The translations under genes were made by a program, and so were the position numbers. From a virus (taxonomy: Duplodnaviria > Caudoviricetes), in IMG/VR virus record IMGVR_UViG_3300037742_000058, positions 1 through 43,269 of that record: DNA of 43,269 bases; one strand, given 5' to 3'. The first letter of the stretch is position 1, and each line of letters starts with the position of its first letter. This document shows positions 41,743-43,269 of this stretch, in pieces. The notes under the pieces are model-generated. The model did no database searches. It was not told where the DNA came from and was given only the letters and a program-made list of their open reading frames with translations.

Positions 41743-43269
41743 CCCGCCCCTACCAATCCGAGTGGGTAGCCAACGTCGAGTCCGCATGGGCCGGCGGCGC
41801 CCGCAACGTCATGGCCACGATGGCGACCGGTGGCGGCAAGTCATACTGCATCGCCCGTATCGTGGAGCGCGCCGACTGCCCAACGCGCATCGGTGCCCAC
41901 CGAGGCGAGCTCGTGGGCCAACTGTCACTGGCGCTCAACCGGGAACGCGTACCGCACGGAATCATGGCGCCCGCGCCGCTGGTCGCTGACATCTGCAAGT
42001 CACACCACGAGAACCACGGGTACTCGTTCTACAAGGCCCGCGCGCCGGTGCAAGTCGCCAGCGTGCAAACATTGGCGTCGCGCGGCGAGGATGCGCGTGA
42101 TGCGGAACGGGTTGGCCTCGTGGTTATCGATGAAGGGCACCACGTTACTCGCGGCACTGTGTGGGATAAGATGGTGCACATGTACGCCAACGCAAAGGGG
42201 CTGTTCCCCACGGCGCACGCGATCCGTGGGGATCACAAAGGGCTTGGCCGCGATGCGCACGGGCTCGCGGATGCGCTGGTGGTCGGCCCCTGCTTCCGCG
42301 ATCTGGTGGACCTTGGGTACCTATGCGATTACCGGCCGATCGTCGGGCGCAACACCGTCGATACGTCGAATGTCCCCGTGGGAACAACGGGCGACTACAA
42401 CCAAAAGAAGCTACGCGCAGCCACGATGGCCAGCAAAACAATCGTCGGCGACGTGGTGTCACACTACCTTAAGTATGCCGGCGGCAAGCTCGGCATCACC
42501 TTCTGCGTCAGCGTGGAGGAAGCCGAGCAGCTGCAGCGGGCGTACAGCAAGGCGGACGTGCGCGCCGAGATCATCACGGGCGAGACTCCCACGCTTGTAC
42601 GCTCGCGGCTGATGCGCAAGTTTCGCGAGCGAGATATCCTCGTGCTGCTAAGCATAGACGTGCTCGGGGAGGGCGTTGATGTGCCGTCCGTCGAGGTTAT
42701 CAGCATGGCGCGCAGCACCGCGAGTTTTCAGGTGTTCGCGCAACAGACGGGTCGCGGCTCGCGCGTGTCGGTCGGCAAAGACTGGCAGGCAGTGTGGGAC
42801 GACATCGGGGTGGAGGGCCGCAAGGCCGCCATTGCTGCCAGCGGGAAGCCAAAGTTTGTCCTGATCGACCACGTAGGAAACGTCGAGCACCACGGTTTAC
42901 CGTGCGTGCCGCGCCGCTACTCACTCGACACGCGCGAAGCGACGCGCAAGAAGAAAACCGAGGATGATGTGCAAATCCGCGTCTGCCTGAACGCCGAGTG
43001 CCTGTTCCCCTACCCGCGCGAGCTCGACTGTTGCCCCCTATGTGGCACGCCCAAGCCGCCACCGGTTGCGCGCAGCGCACCGGAATACGTGGAAGGCAAC
43101 CTGCTCGAGCTAGACCCGGAAGTATTGGCCGGCATGCGCGAGGCCGCTATGCGAGCCCTTGATTTGCCTACACTACCAGTCCACGCGGGGCCGGCCGCAG
43201 TCGCCGGATGCAAGGCTCGACATCGCGAGAAGGTTGACGCTATCGTGGCTCTCAAGGATACCATGGCGC
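41739..43269 (+). CDS. SF2 DNA helicase, allele 2 (partial; runs off the window end)
   Basis: MTRPYQ...MATGGGKS...VIDEGHH; colinear with allele 1 at offset 41454. Absent from the ORF track because no stop is reached. Confidence 0.9.
   Translation, partial: MTRPYQSEWVANVESAWAGGARNVMATMATGGGKSYCIARIVERADCPTRIGAHRGELVGQLSLALNRERVPHGIMAPAPLVADICKSHHENHGYSFYKARAPVQVASVQTLASRGEDARDAERVGLVVIDEGHHVTRGTVWDKMVHMYANAKGLFPTAHAIRGDHKGLGRDAHGLADALVVGPCFRDLVDLGYLCDYRPIVGRNTVDTSNVPVGTTGDYNQKKLRAATMASKTIVGDVVSHYLKYAGGKLGITFCVSVEEAEQLQRAYSKADVRAEIITGETPTLVRSRLMRKFRERDILVLLSIDVLGEGVDVPSVEVISMARSTASFQVFAQQTGRGSRVSVGKDWQAVWDDIGVEGRKAAIAASGKPKFVLIDHVGNVEHHGLPCVPRRYSLDTREATRKKKTEDDVQIRVCLNAECLFPYPRELDCCPLCGTPKPPPVARSAPEYVEGNLLELDPEVLAGMREAAMRALDLPTLPVHAGPAAVAGCKARHREKVDAIVALKDTMA

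Noticed and set aside
41187-43269. Diverged duplicate as a diversity-generating retroelement TR/VR pair
   Set aside because: No reverse transcriptase; differences are not adenine-specific and extend over more than 1.5 kb of a housekeeping gene.
1-43269. Integrated prophage or lysogeny module
   Set aside because: No integrase, CI-like repressor, ParA or host flanking genes recognised; the ends overlap as a circle.

Overview
This window looks like an essentially complete ~41.2-41.5 kb GC-rich dsDNA phage genome, probably a podovirus, read slightly more than once around. The virion module (10.5-29.9 kb) is P22-like: TerS, TerL, portal, scaffold, coat, gp4/gp10/needle-like proteins, three ejection proteins and a tailspike. 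The replication module comprises an SF2 helicase, VRR-NUC nuclease, Dam-like methylase, NrS-1-type primase-helicase, DUF2800 nuclease, SSB-like protein and a family A DNA polymerase. There is also an acb2 anti-CBASS gene and a lysozyme-holin pair. I found no integrase, repressor, tRNA, CRISPR array or reverse transcriptase. The two ends carry two diverged alleles of the same helicase locus between identical flanks (1-127 = 41187-41313; 1749-1815 = 43203-43269), most simply a strain bubble on a circular assembly. The most unusual features are: (i) five abutting structured RNA-like elements between ssb and pol, one of which sequesters the pol start codon; (ii) a polA gene split inside its 3'-5' exonuclease domain by four small genes, with substitutions in motifs A and B; (iii) an array of early gene cassettes, each headed by a repeated promoter-leader unit; (iv) a genome-wide TGTGACG box at near-fixed spacing from -10 elements; (v) a stand-alone copy of the helicase zinc finger. 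All functional calls come from motif recognition by eye, not database searches.
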